From an uncultured Gemmatimonadales bacterium (GTDB lineage Bacteria > Gemmatimonadota > Gemmatimonadetes > Longimicrobiales > RSA9): DNA of 64,000 bases. Both the position numbers and the translations under genes were made by a program. The notes under the pieces were generated by a model. It was not told the DNA's origin and made no database searches. It saw only the letters and a list, made by a program, of their open reading frames with translations. Location: positions 320,001 through 384,000 of the forward strand of contig CAWFKH010000005.1 in assembly GCA_963816355.1 (NCBI GenBank), in the 5' to 3' direction. Positions within the stretch are counted from its first letter, which is position 1. Each line of letters begins with the position of its first letter. Positions 10,638 through 21,028 of the stretch are shown in pieces.

Positions 10638-11744
10638 ATGAGCGCGGCCGCGCACGCCGGCGTGATCGCGCGCTGGGCGGCGCTGCTCCCGGTGAGCGGG
10701 GCGACGCCTCGCCTCACGTTGCTCGAGGGGGACACGCCGCTCGTCGCCGCGCCGCGGCTGGCGGAGTGGGTGGGCGTTCGGGAGCTGCACCTCAAGTACG
10801 AGGGCCTCAATCCCACCGGCTCCTTCAAGGACCGTGGTATGGTGGTCGCCGTGGCGAAGGCGATGGAGGCGGGCGCGCGGACGGTGCTGTGCGCGTCGAC
10901 CGGCAACACGAGCGCGAGCGCCGCCGCCTACGCCGCGCGCGCGGGACTGCGCGCCGTCGTCCTGCTGCCGGGCGGCAAGGTGGCGCCGGGCAAGATCGCG
11001 CAGGCGGTCGTCCATGGCGCCCGCATCCTCTCGCTCCCCACCAACTTCGACGGCGCGCTGGACATCGCCCGCGCGCTCGTCGAGAAGCATCCGGCGGTCC
11101 TCGTCAACTCGCTCAATCCGCACCGGCTCGAGGGTCAGGCGACGGCGGCGTACGAGATCTGCGAGGCGCTCGGCGGCGCGCCGGACCTCCTCGCGCTGCC
11201 GGTGGGTAACGGGGGCAACATCACGGCCTACGCGATGGGCTTCCGTCGCTGGCGCGAGCGCGGCGCGACCGAGCGCGGCGCGACCGAGCGCGGCGCGACC
11301 GAGCGCGGCGCGATCGAGCGCGGGCCGCGGCTGCTCGGCGTGCAGGCGGCCGGCGCGGCGCCGCTCGTGGCGGGCAGGCCGATCGAGCACCCGGAGACGG
11401 TCGCGAGCGCGATCCGCATCGGCCGGCCCGCCACGTGGCAGCCGGCGTTGGACGCGGCGCGCGACTCCGGCGGCGCGATCGTCGCGGCGGAGGACGCCGC
11501 GATCCTGGAGGCGTATCGCGAAGTGGCGCGGCGTGAGGGCGTGTTCTGCGAGCCCGCGTCCGCCGCCGGCGTCGCGGGCCTGCGCGCGGCGGTCGCGGCC
11601 GGCGACGTCGCCCCGGACGCCCGCTGCGTGTGCGTCCTCACCGGCCACGGCCTGAAGGACCCCGCGCACGCGCTGCCGCCCGGCTTCGAGCCGGAAGCGG
11701 TGGCGGCCGCGGCGGACGAGGTCGCGCGCGCGCTCGGCTGGTGA
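10638..11744 (+). CDS. thrC: Threonine synthase, with an internal ERGAT x4 repeat
   Basis: EGDTPL, NPTGSFKDRG, ASTGNT, PVGNGGN and LTGHGLKDP motifs. Confidence 0.95.
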   Translation: MSAAAHAGVIARWAALLPVSGATPRLTLLEGDTPLVAAPRLAEWVGVRELHLKYEGLNPTGSFKDRGMVVAVAKAMEAGARTVLCASTGNTSASAAAYAARAGLRAVVLLPGGKVAPGKIAQAVVHGARILSLPTNFDGALDIARALVEKHPAVLVNSLNPHRLEGQATAAYEICEALGGAPDLLALPVGNGGNITAYAMGFRRWRERGATERGATERGATERGAIERGPRLLGVQAAGAAPLVAGRPIEHPETVASAIRIGRPATWQPALDAARDSGGAIVAAEDAAILEAYREVARREGVFCEPASAAGVAGLRAAVAAGDVAPDARCVCVLTGHGLKDPAHALPPGFEPEAVAAAADEVARALGW

Positions 11745-11838
11745 GGGTGGACGCCGCCGCGCGCGCCTCCGGCCGTTGACGAGGCCGAGGGCCGCGCGCT
11801 CGGCTGGTGAGGGCGGACTCCGACGAGGTGAAGCGATC

Positions 11839-12765
11839 ATGAGACGTGGAAGAATCCGGGCCCTGCTCCTGGCGATGTCGCTGGTTGCGTCGCTCGCGGC
11901 GACGCTCGCGGCCTGCGCATCACGCGGCGCGCCGACACCTCCGGCGGCGCCGGCCGGCGCGGGCGCGCCGGCGCCCGCCGCGGCGCCCGCTGCGGCCGCC
12001 ACGCCGCGCGTCGGTCCGGCACACGGCGTGCTCATCGTCGCGGGCGGAGGTCAGCTCGGGCCGGAGATCTGGAGCCGCTTCGTCGCGCTGGCCGGCGGAC
12101 CGGACGCGCGCATCGTCGTCATCCCGACGGCGGCGGAGGGCGACAGTTTCCCGGACGGCGGCGGCGTGGGCGGACCGCTGCGGCAGGCGGGCGCGCGCCA
12201 CATCGCGGTGCTCCACACGCGCGACCGCGCGACGGCGGAATCGCCGGAGTTCGTCCGGCCGATCCGCGACGCGACCGGCGTGTGGATCCCGGGCGGCCGC
12301 CAGTGGCGGCTGACCGACGCCTACCTCGGCACGCGTACGGAGCGTGAGCTGCACCGGCTGCTCGAGCGCGGCGGCGTGATCGGCGGCAGCTCGGCGGGCG
12401 CGTCGGTGCAGGCGTCGTACATGGTGCGCGGCGCGCCTCAGGGGAACTCGATCATGATGGCGCCGGGGCACGAACAGGGCTTCGGCTTCCTGCGCGGTGT
12501 CGCGGTCGACCAGCACCTGATCACGCGCCACCGCGAGCGGGACATGCTCGACGTCGTCGTCGCGCACCCGGAGCTGCTCGGCCTCGGCCTCGACGAGGGC
12601 ACCGCGATCGAAGTGCACGGCGACACCGCCGTCGTGCTCGGCCGCAGCCGGATGGCCGTCTACAACGCCGGGCGGGGCGACGACGGCGAGTCGTTCTTCT
12701 TCCTCGACGCCGGCGACGCGCTCGATCTGGGCGCGCGGCGCGTTCTTCGCAGGGGCAGCTCCTGA
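11839..12765 (+). CDS. Cyanophycinase-like S51 peptidase, putative lipoprotein
   Basis: VIPTA, GGRQW, GGSSAGA nucleophile, VDQH and GLDEGT; signal ending LAAC. Confidence 0.85.
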   Translation: MRRGRIRALLLAMSLVASLAATLAACASRGAPTPPAAPAGAGAPAPAAAPAAAATPRVGPAHGVLIVAGGGQLGPEIWSRFVALAGGPDARIVVIPTAAEGDSFPDGGGVGGPLRQAGARHIAVLHTRDRATAESPEFVRPIRDATGVWIPGGRQWRLTDAYLGTRTERELHRLLERGGVIGGSSAGASVQASYMVRGAPQGNSIMMAPGHEQGFGFLRGVAVDQHLITRHRERDMLDVVVAHPELLGLGLDEGTAIEVHGDTAVVLGRSRMAVYNAGRGDDGESFFFLDAGDALDLGARRVLRRGSS

Positions 12766-12822
12766 GGCGACGCGCCCGCGGCGAACGCGAGCACCCACAC
12801 GACCCTCCGTCCCCACAGCGCA

Positions 12823-14070
12823 TTGCCACGTCCCCTCGCCGACAGGATCGGCGCCAACCGCATCGTGCTCGCCCTCTCCGTCGCGCGCCTCGCCGACGCG
12901 ATGGGGAACAGCATCCTGTTCATCGTCATCCCGCTCTACGTCGCGCGGCTCCCTTCGGAGTGGATCCACCTGCCGGAGCCGGTGCTGGTCGGGATCCTGG
13001 TGTCGCTCTACGGCCTGGTGAACACCTTCGCGCAGCCGTTCGTCGGCGCGCTCGCCGACCGCCTGAGCCGGCGCAAACCCCTCATCGTCGCCGGCCTCGC
13101 CATCATGGCGACCGGCACCTTCGCCTTCATCTTCGCCACCCGCTTCGTCCACCTCCTCCTGATCCGCGCCGTGCAGGGGGTCGGCGTCGCGCTCACGATC
13201 CCCGCCTCGCTCGCGATCATGGCCACGGCCACCCACCAGCGCTCGCGCGGCGGCTCGATGGGGATCTATACCAGCGCCCGCATGGCCGGCTTCGCGATCG
13301 GACCCCTCGTCGGCGGCTACCTCCTCGACCACGTCGGCTTCGACGCCGCCTTCATCGCAGGCGCCGCGCTCGTCGCCGCCGGCCTCGTGCTCGTCCAGCT
13401 CTGGGTGCACGAGAAGCCTGCCGACGTCTCGATCCACCGCGGCACTCCGTTCCGCCTGCTCGAACGACGCCTGCTCACCCGCGGCATCCTCGGCCTCGGC
13501 TTCGCCACCTTCGTCATGGCCGCCGCCTTCACCGAGATGGTCTCGCTCGAGAAACAGTTCAACGCCCGCCTCGACCAGGCCGCCTTCGGCTTCGGCATCG
13601 CGTTCAGCGCGCTCATGGTCAGCCGGCTCCTCTTCCAAATCCCGCTCGGCTCCCTCTCCGACCGCGTCGGCCGCAAGCCAGTCGTCATCGCCGGCCTCCT
13701 CCTCATGGCCCCCGCGACGGCGCTCCTCGGCATCGTCGCCTCCACGCTCCAGCTCGCCGGCGCCCGCGTGCTCCAGGGCCTCGCCTCCGCCGCCATCGCC
13801 GCGCCCGCCTTCGCAATGGCCGCCGAACTCTCCACCGAGGGCGGTCGCGGCCGCCAGCTCAGCATCGTCACCATGGGCTTCAGCCTCGGCATCGCCGTAG
13901 GCCCACTCCTCGCCGGCATCCTCGCCGTCGCCTCCTTCGAGCTGCCCTTCCTCGTCGGCGGCGCCCTCGCCCTGCTCGGCGCCGCAGTCGTCTGGCGGTT
14001 CGTGCCCGAGACGGTTCGCCGGAACGGGCGTCGCCCCGGCGGGGAGCATCGGGACGAGGCGCGGGCGTAA
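12823..14070 (+). CDS. MFS transporter
   Basis: About 12 TM segments; GALADRLSRRK and GSLSDRVGRK motif A. Confidence 0.92.
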   Translation: MPRPLADRIGANRIVLALSVARLADAMGNSILFIVIPLYVARLPSEWIHLPEPVLVGILVSLYGLVNTFAQPFVGALADRLSRRKPLIVAGLAIMATGTFAFIFATRFVHLLLIRAVQGVGVALTIPASLAIMATATHQRSRGGSMGIYTSARMAGFAIGPLVGGYLLDHVGFDAAFIAGAALVAAGLVLVQLWVHEKPADVSIHRGTPFRLLERRLLTRGILGLGFATFVMAAAFTEMVSLEKQFNARLDQAAFGFGIAFSALMVSRLLFQIPLGSLSDRVGRKPVVIAGLLLMAPATALLGIVASTLQLAGARVLQGLASAAIAAPAFAMAAELSTEGGRGRQLSIVTMGFSLGIAVGPLLAGILAVASFELPFLVGGALALLGAAVVWRFVPETVRRNGRRPGGEHRDEARA

Positions 14071-14259
14071 GGCCGACGGCGCCTGGCAACGACGCCTCCG
14101 TCACCCCCCGCCGCGCCCTGGCCCCTTCTGCCTCCCCTCCAGCGGACGGAAAGGTGTCCTCCAACATGGACAACGCGGGCGTGGGCCCGCGGCCTGCTAC
14201 TGGTCCTTAACTTATGCCACGCCATACACTTAGCAGACCCGTTCGCCAACACGCAGCCC

Positions 14260-14275
14260 CGGCACCGGGCGTGCC
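14260..14275 (+). promoter_or_regulatory. Possible sigma54-type -24/-12 promoter (CGGCAC-N5-GTGC)
   Basis: GG-N10-GC spacing about 75 bp upstream of the beta-barrel gene; imperfect match in GC-rich DNA. Confidence 0.3.
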
Positions 14276-14347
14276 TCCATGAACGTGGAGCGCAGCTCGG
14301 GCTCAGCGATGGACGGCTGCGGGAGCAACGGACGCATGGAGGCGACA

Positions 14348-14980
14348 ATGGTACAGCGCATCGTTCGGGTCGGCGTGATCGTCGGCCTCGTGATGGCCGC
14401 GGCGCCGCTGCGGGCGCAGCGGATGGACGGCGGTTCGGGTGGCTCGATCGAGCTCGCGCCCTACGCGGGCTACATGATCACCAGCGACTATCTGTCGGGG
14501 CCGCTGAACACGTCGCTGACCACGAGCGGCGGCGCGCTGTACGGCATCCAGATGGGGTTGCCGCTTGGGAGGAGCGTCTCCTTGTACGGCAACGTCGCGT
14601 ACAGCAATCCGTCCTTGCGGATCGGGCTGCCGATCCTGGGCGGCGTCGATTTCGGGCGCAACGAGATGCTGCTCTACGACGGCGGGCTGGAGCTGCGTGC
14701 GCCGGCGCGGATCGGGGCGGCGTCGCCGTTCCTGCAGCTCGGGGCGGGGGCGGTGCACAACTCCGTGAGCGCGGGTCCGATCGACCTGCGGGCGACGAAT
14801 TTCGCCGCGAACGCCGGGCTCGGGGTCGACGTCGGCGTGCTGCCGAACGCGACGCTGCGCCTGATGGCGAAGGACTACGTGGGGAAGTTCGACTTTCGCG
14901 AGGCGACGGGCTTCGGCGGCGTCGACGGCAAGACCGCGCACAACATCGGGCTGAGCGCCGGCCTGCGCGTGGCCTTCTGA
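14348..14980 (+). CDS. Outer-membrane beta-barrel protein
   Basis: GGAGG RBS, signal peptide, alternating beta pattern, C-terminal Phe (GLRVAF). Confidence 0.8.
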   Translation: MVQRIVRVGVIVGLVMAAAPLRAQRMDGGSGGSIELAPYAGYMITSDYLSGPLNTSLTTSGGALYGIQMGLPLGRSVSLYGNVAYSNPSLRIGLPILGGVDFGRNEMLLYDGGLELRAPARIGAASPFLQLGAGAVHNSVSAGPIDLRATNFAANAGLGVDVGVLPNATLRLMAKDYVGKFDFREATGFGGVDGKTAHNIGLSAGLRVAF

Positions 14981-15215
14981 CGCGGCCACGCGCATAGCTG
15001 GCATCTGGCAGAGGTTCGGCCGGTGACGCCGATGACGCCGGTGGCGGCGATGGATCCCGGCGGGGCCCGGGCGCCCGTGTGATGCCGCACGGCGCTCCCG
15101 CGGTCGGGTGAGGCGCGACGCCGCGTCTCACCCACCCGCCATCCGGCCTCGCGCCGCGCTCCACCTCCGCCTCGGCCGCCCTTTCCGCAGGGCGCGCCGC
15201 TGATTAGCCTGAAGC

Positions 15216-15758
15216 ATGATCGCGGAACGGCGGGGTGCCACGTCCGCGCGGCCGCGCGGGTGGCCGCTCGTGCTGATCGCGCTGCTGGCCATGGGGTGCG
15301 CGAGCGGCGGCTCGCCGGCGAAAGCGCGCCCACCGGCGCCGAAGCGGCCGCGTCGTCTGCCGCCGCTGGCGGCCGAGCCGGTGCCGCCGGATCTGCCGCC
15401 GCCCGGCTCGCCGGAGGTGCGCTTGCGCGCGCTGGCGGTCGTGCTGGCGGTGGAGGAGGGGGACGCCAGCTACTACGCGGACGCGCTGGCGGGCAACGCG
15501 ACGGCGAGCGGGGAGCCGTACGAGCCGGACTCCCTGGTGGCGGCGCATCGGGAGCTGCCGTTCGGCACGATCGTGCGGGTGACGAACCTGCGCAACGAGC
15601 GGCAGGTGGTGGTGCGCATCGTGGACCGCGGGCCCTGGGGGCACGAGGAGCGGATCATCGATCTGTCGCGGCGGGCGGCGGAGGCGCTGGACGCGATCGA
15701 CGACGGCGTCGTGCCGGTGAGACTGGAGATCCTCGAGTACGGTGGAGGTGGTGGATGA
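15216..15758 (+). CDS. rlpA: RlpA-family lytic transglycosylase lipoprotein
   Basis: ASYY, TASGE, AAHRELPFGT, VDRGP and IIDLS; lipobox AMGC. Confidence 0.9.
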   Translation: MIAERRGATSARPRGWPLVLIALLAMGCASGGSPAKARPPAPKRPRRLPPLAAEPVPPDLPPPGSPEVRLRALAVVLAVEEGDASYYADALAGNATASGEPYEPDSLVAAHRELPFGTIVRVTNLRNERQVVVRIVDRGPWGHEERIIDLSRRAAEALDAIDDGVVPVRLEILEYGGGGG

Positions 15759-16303
15759 GCGCGGATCGGGAAGCGGCGCAACCGGATCGGCCGGGCGCCG
15801 GCGAGTACGCCGAGTTCTACGCGGGGTACGTGGCGCGGGTGCCGGACGGCGACGTGCTTGCGCTGCTCGAAGCGCAGGGCGAGCGCACTCTCTCGCTGCT
15901 GGCGGGCGTGTCGCCGGAACGGGCGGCGTTCCGCTACGCGGAGGGGAAGTGGAGCGTGAAGCAGGTCGTGCTGCACCTGTGCGACGCCGAGCGCGTGATG
16001 AGCTATCGTCTGCTGCGGATCGGCCGCGGCGATGCGACGCCGCTCGCCGGCTTCGACGAGGCGGCGTACGCGCCGGCGTCGGGCGCGGAGGCGCGCACGA
16101 TGGCGTCGCTGGCGGCCGAGCTGGCGGCGGTGCGCGCGGCGACCGTGACGCTGGCGCGCGGCCTGCCGGCGGAGGCGTGGACGCGGCGCGGCGAGGCGAA
16201 CGGCCAAGCGGTGAGCGCGCGGGCGCTTCCCTACATCGTGCTCGGCCACGAGCTGCACCACCTCGCGATCCTGGACGAGCGCTACGGAGTCGGCGCGGCG
16301 TAG
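15755..16303 (+). CDS. DinB family protein
   Basis: YAEGKWSVKQVVLHLCDAERV and GHELHH motifs. Confidence 0.9.
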   Translation: MSADREAAQPDRPGAGEYAEFYAGYVARVPDGDVLALLEAQGERTLSLLAGVSPERAAFRYAEGKWSVKQVVLHLCDAERVMSYRLLRIGRGDATPLAGFDEAAYAPASGAEARTMASLAAELAAVRAATVTLARGLPAEAWTRRGEANGQAVSARALPYIVLGHELHHLAILDERYGVGAA

Positions 16304-16358
16304 CTCCGGCGGTGCGGCTCCTGGTCGAAGCCCGCGACGCACGCAAGGGAGGTTCAAG

Positions 16359-16733
16359 TTGAGGAAGTACAGGGCGAGGGTCGAGAAGGGGGTGGGGTCG
16401 GCGGCGCGCGAGCTCGCGTCGTGCCACGAGCGCATCGAGAGCGAGTCGCAGCTCGTCCTGTTCCCGGGGACGTTGAACGTGCGCTTCCCGCGCGCGGTGC
16501 GTCTGCGGCCGAGCTTCGTGCTGCCGGCGGGGACCTGCGGCGAGGACGAGCTGCTGTTCCAGCGGTGCCGCGTCGCGGGGTTCGACGGCCTCCTCATGCG
16601 GCCGGCGAGTCGTGAGGCGGAATTGGAGGGCGGCGCGCTCGACGCGGTCGAGCTGATGTGCGTCGTCAGCCTGCGCTCGATGGCGGGGCTGCACGTCGGC
16701 GACGCCGTCGAGATCGAAGCGGACCTGAGGTGA
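16359..16733 (+). CDS. CTP-dependent riboflavin-kinase-like (DUF120) domain protein
   Basis: [14 protein letters not shown] and [20 protein letters not shown] pattern. Confidence 0.6.
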   Translation: MRKYRARVEKGVGSAARELASCHERIESESQLVLFPGTLNVRFPRAVRLRPSFVLPAGTCGEDELLFQRCRVAGFDGLLMRPASREAELEGGALDAVELMCVVSLRSMAGLHVGDAVEIEADLR

Positions 16734-16737
16734 GACG

Positions 16738-17691
16738 ATGGAGCTCCGGGGGATCCACCACCTGACGGCGATTTCGGCGAGGATCGGCGACAACCTGCGC
16801 TTCTACACACAGGTCGTCGGTCTGCGCCTCGTCAAGCGCAGCGTCAATCAGGACGACGTCAGCGCCTACCACCTCTTCTACGCCGACGCCGCGGGCAGCC
16901 CGGGCACGGACGTGACGTTCTTCGACTGGCCGGTGGCGCGCGAGCGGCGGGGGACGCACGCGATCGTACGCACGTCGCTGCGGGTCAGCGGCGCCGCCAC
17001 GCTGCGCTGGTGGCGCGAGTGGCTCGCGGAGCACGAGGTCGTGAGCGGTGACGTCGTCGAGAGGGACGGCCGCCTGACGCTCGACTTCGAGGACGGCGAG
17101 GGGCAGCGCCTGGCGCTGGTGGACGACGGCGGCGAAGGCCCCGCGTCCCGCGTGTGGAGCGGCAGCCCGGTGCCGGCGGAGCACCAGGTCCGCGGCCTCG
17201 GCCCGATCGTCATGAGCGTGCCGAGCATCACGCGCACCGACGACGTGCTGACGCGCGTGCTCGGCATGCGGCCGGTCCGCGGCTACGCGCATCCGGACGC
17301 GGCGGAGCCGAACGTGCACGTGTACGAGATGGGCGAGGGCGGCGCGCACGCGGAGCTGCACGTGGCGGTGCAGCCGGACCTGCCGGCGACGCGGCAGGGC
17401 GCGGGCGGCGTGCACCACGTCGCGTTCCGCACGCCGAACGAGGAGGAGTACCACGCCTGGACGGAGCGGCTCAACTCGCTGGGCGTGCCGAACAGCGGCG
17501 AGATCGACCGCTACTACTTCCGCAGTCTCTACTTCCGCGAGCCGAACGGGATCCTCTTCGAGATCGCGACGGACGGCCCGGGCTTCGCCGTCGACGAGGA
17601 CGCGGCGACGCTCGGCCAGCGCCTCGCCCTGCCGCCGTTCCTCGAGCCGCACCGTGCCGAGATCGAGGCGAACCTGCAGCCGATCGACTAG
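16738..17691 (+). CDS. Ring-cleaving dioxygenase (VOC family, MhqO-like)
   Basis: [27 protein letters not shown] and [27 protein letters not shown]. Confidence 0.92.
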   Translation: MELRGIHHLTAISARIGDNLRFYTQVVGLRLVKRSVNQDDVSAYHLFYADAAGSPGTDVTFFDWPVARERRGTHAIVRTSLRVSGAATLRWWREWLAEHEVVSGDVVERDGRLTLDFEDGEGQRLALVDDGGEGPASRVWSGSPVPAEHQVRGLGPIVMSVPSITRTDDVLTRVLGMRPVRGYAHPDAAEPNVHVYEMGEGGAHAELHVAVQPDLPATRQGAGGVHHVAFRTPNEEEYHAWTERLNSLGVPNSGEIDRYYFRSLYFREPNGILFEIATDGPGFAVDEDAATLGQRLALPPFLEPHRAEIEANLQPID

Positions 17692-17781
17692 GCCGGCCGC
17701 TCCGTGGCCGTACCGCGGGCCGGTGGCTTGCAGTGGGCTCCCGGTACACGGCGCATCAGCGCCCCGTACCGGAGTTGCATC

Positions 17782-18366
17782 ATGGCAGAGGTTCTGGTGA
17801 AGTACGTCGGCCGATTCGAGGCGAGCGACGGTCGTGGATTCGAGGCGCAGGCGTGCGCCCGCGAGGTGCGCGGCGGCCTGTGGGAAGGCTGGATCGAGTT
17901 CATGCCGACGGACGGCGGCGCGGCGCTGCGGACCGGTCGCGAGACGACGCAGCCGAAGCGCACCGACGCCGAGTACTGGGCGACCGGACTGACGGCCGCC
18001 TACCTCCAGGGAGCGCTGCGGCGGGCGCTCTCGCCCGCGCGTGCGCCCGCGCCATCGGAGGAGGTCGACGCCGCACCTCACTTCGCCGGCCCTGCCGAGC
18101 ACCGTGCACGGCGGCCGCACAGAGACGCCCAGCTGCGCCCGGTCCTCGATCCGTTCGCCGTTTACGCCGAAGGCGACACCGTGCTGCGCGGGCAGCTCAA
18201 CGCGCTCGACGAGGGCAAGCTGCGCACCATCGCGCGGGCGTACGACCTCCGGATCGGAGCCGCGATTCTGGAGGGCGGCGGCAGAGCGGAGCTGGTCGAA
18301 GCGATCGTGGAAGCCATCGAGGCGGATGGCGCGGCGCGGGGGCACGCGGGTTCGGCGCGGGGCTGA
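17782..18366 (+). CDS. Hypothetical protein
   Basis: Protein-like ORF (WEGWIEF, TGRETTQP) filling the gap between genes. Confidence 0.7.
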   Translation: MAEVLVKYVGRFEASDGRGFEAQACAREVRGGLWEGWIEFMPTDGGAALRTGRETTQPKRTDAEYWATGLTAAYLQGALRRALSPARAPAPSEEVDAAPHFAGPAEHRARRPHRDAQLRPVLDPFAVYAEGDTVLRGQLNALDEGKLRTIARAYDLRIGAAILEGGGRAELVEAIVEAIEADGAARGHAGSARG

Positions 18367-18389
18367 TCCCGGCGAGGGCGCTGCGGCCG

Positions 18390-20907
18390 CTAGCGTGAGC
18401 GGCCGGCCTCGATGCGGTACCCCTGCGGCGGCTCGGCGTCGAGCAGCCAGCGGACGAAGTAGTCCCAGCGACGTCGCACCATGTACGGCTCGTTGCCGAA
18501 GCCGTGGTTGCGGTTCGGCAGCGCGAGCAGGTCGAAGTCCTTGTTGGCGGCGATGAGGGAGTCGACGACGAGCAGCGTGTTGTACGGCGGTCACGTTGGT
18601 GTCGCCGGTGCCGTAGGCGAGGAGCAGCTTCCCCTTCAGGTTTCTCGCCACGAGCTGGTTGGCCTGGTTGTCGTAGTTCGTGGTGCCGTCCGGGTGCGTC
18701 TCGAGCAGCCCCTGCCACTTCTCGCCCCAGTCGTCCTCGTACTCGCGGTTGTCGTGGTTGCCGGCCTCCGCGATGCCGACCTTGAAGAAGTCCGGGTAGC
18801 GGAACATCGCGTCGGCGGTCGCGTAGCCGCCGCCGGAGTGGCCGTAGATGCCGGCGCGGGAGAGGTCGATCCACGGGTAGCGCTCGGCCAGCTGCTTCAT
18901 GGCGGCGACCTGGTCCGGCAGGCCGTTGTCGCCCATGTCGCCGTAGTAGGCGGCGTGGAACGCCTTCGACCGCATCGGCGTGCCCATGGCGTCGATCTCG
19001 ACGACGACGAAGCCGAGCTCGGCGAGCGCCTGTGCGTCGCCGCGCGAGGGGGTGAAGGAGCGCGAGCCGACGCTGCCGGTCTGCGGCCCGGGGTAGACGC
19101 GGTTGACGATCGGGTACCGCTTCGACGGATCGAAGCGCGTGGGCCGGAAGAGCAGGCCGTAGAGGTCGGTCCGGCCGTCGCGCGCCTTGACGGTGATGGG
19201 CGTCGGCGGCTTCCAGCCGGCGGCGAGGAGGCGCGAGATGTCGGCCTTCTCGAGGTCGAGCAGCTTGCGGCCGGCGGCATCGCGGAGCACGCTGACGGGC
19301 GGCGTGACGGGAGTCGAGTAGCTGTCGACGAAGTACTTCCCGTCCGGCGCGAGCGAGACCTCGTGGTCGGCGCTGTCCGGCGTCAGCAGGCGGAGCCGGG
19401 AGCCGTCGAGGCGCACGCTGTAGAGGTAGCGGAAGTAGGGGTCTCCGGGCTCGCGGCCGGCGCCGAGGAAGTAGACGGTGCGGCGCCGCGGGTCGACGCG
19501 CAGCACCTGCAGCACGTTCCAGTCGCCGCTCGTGATCGGGTGCTCCAGGCGGCCGGTTGCGAGGTCGTACAGGTAGAGGTGGCCCCAGCCGCTGCGCTCG
19601 GAGAACCAGATCGCCTCGTTCGAGCCGGGCAGCACGTGCCAGTTCACGCGGTTGACGCCGGACTCGAAGAAGCTGGGCACCGACTCCTCGAGGACGTCGC
19701 GCACGGCGCCGGTCGCGGCGTCCGCCTCGCGCAGCGTCTCGTGGCGATGGTCGCGCGAGGTGGAGACGAAGAAGAGCTTTGCGGCGTCCGGGCTCCACTC
19801 GACGTCCGAGAAGCCGGAGCCGCGGCAGGCGACGTGGTCGCAGATCGTCGAGCGGTGCTGGTCCGGCGGCATGCGCAGGCGGACGATGCGGCGGCCCGCG
19901 GCGGCGTCGAGGTCGACGACCACGCGCTCGATCATCGTCACCACGCTATCGCCGGGCAGCGGGTACTTCCACGCGTCGAGAGTCGGGTGACCGACCGCCG
20001 TGTGCACGATGTACATCTCGCCCACGTCGCGCTGGTCCTGCTGGAACGTGGCGATCTTGCGGGAATCCGGCGACCACAGCACGATCGGGCGGTCGCTGCG
20101 CGTCCAGCCGGCGTTGTCCGTCGCGTAGCCGTAGTCCTCCACGCCGTCGGTCGTGAGCTGCGTGTCCTCGCCGGTCGCGAAGTCGCGCACCCACAGGTTC
20201 CAGTCGCGGATGAAGGCGGCGCGGCGGCCGTCGGGCGACAGGACGAACGGGCTGCGCCGGCCGCCGCGCCGGATCGCGCGCGTGCGGCGGGAGACGGCGT
20301 CCTCCTGCTCCGCCGGCGCGCAGCGGGCGCCGTGGATGTCACACGTGTAGCGGCGGCCGTGGATCGTGACGCCGAAGGTCTGCCCCGCCGCGGGCAGCAC
20401 GAGCTCGGTGATCGGCAGGTCGAGCGCTTCGAAAGTGGTATCCGCCGCCGCCGACAGCGCCGCCGCAATGCGGGCGTGGTCGAAGGCGCGGGTGCGCGAG
20501 CGCTTCGTCGGGTCGACGAGGACGAATTCGTGGCCGCCTGCGATCGAGGTCCGGTACCAGAAGCGGTCCGCGCGGTCGGCCGGCAGCCAGTTCGGTTCGG
20601 CGTTGTCGCCCGCGACGAGCGGCCGCGTGGCCCGAGCCAGGAACGACTCGGCGCGCGCGTACGCCGCCGCGGTGACGGAGTCCGGCGCGTAGGGCGTCGT
20701 CTGGGCCGCGGCCGCGCGCGGCGCGAGGGCCACGCCGAGGAGCGGCGCGAGCGCCGCGGCGATCGCCCACGGGAGCGGCGCGCGGGTCGCGCCGGCGTGC
20801 GGCGCCGGGCGGGACGCCGGCGCGAATGATGTCTCCGGCGAGGGCGGCGTGAGACGGGAGCGGCGCCCGCGCGCGGAAGGCGAGGGCGGGACGAGGCGAT
20901 GTCGCAT
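18390..20907 (-). CDS. S9B dipeptidyl-peptidase IV-like protein; +1 frameshift near 18591
   Basis: DPPIV N-terminal propeller, YPGPQ, GHSGGG nucleophile, DTNV; continues in another frame as PPYNTLLVVD...NRNHGFG...WDYFVRWL to TAG at 18390. Confidence 0.88.
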
Positions 20908-21028
20908 GCGTCTCCTGCGGTCGGACGACGGGGCTAGGAACCGGGCCGGTGACGCGCGGAAGAGCGGCCGCCGTGCTCCGGACACGGGACGCGCCAAGTT
21001 GGGACGAAGCGGGAGAGGCGGCAAGACG

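Noticed and set aside
16666..18390. Long C-terminal extension of the S9 peptidase (1475-aa ORF)
   Set aside because: Read-through after the frameshift at about 18591; the real C-terminus ends at 18390 in another frame.
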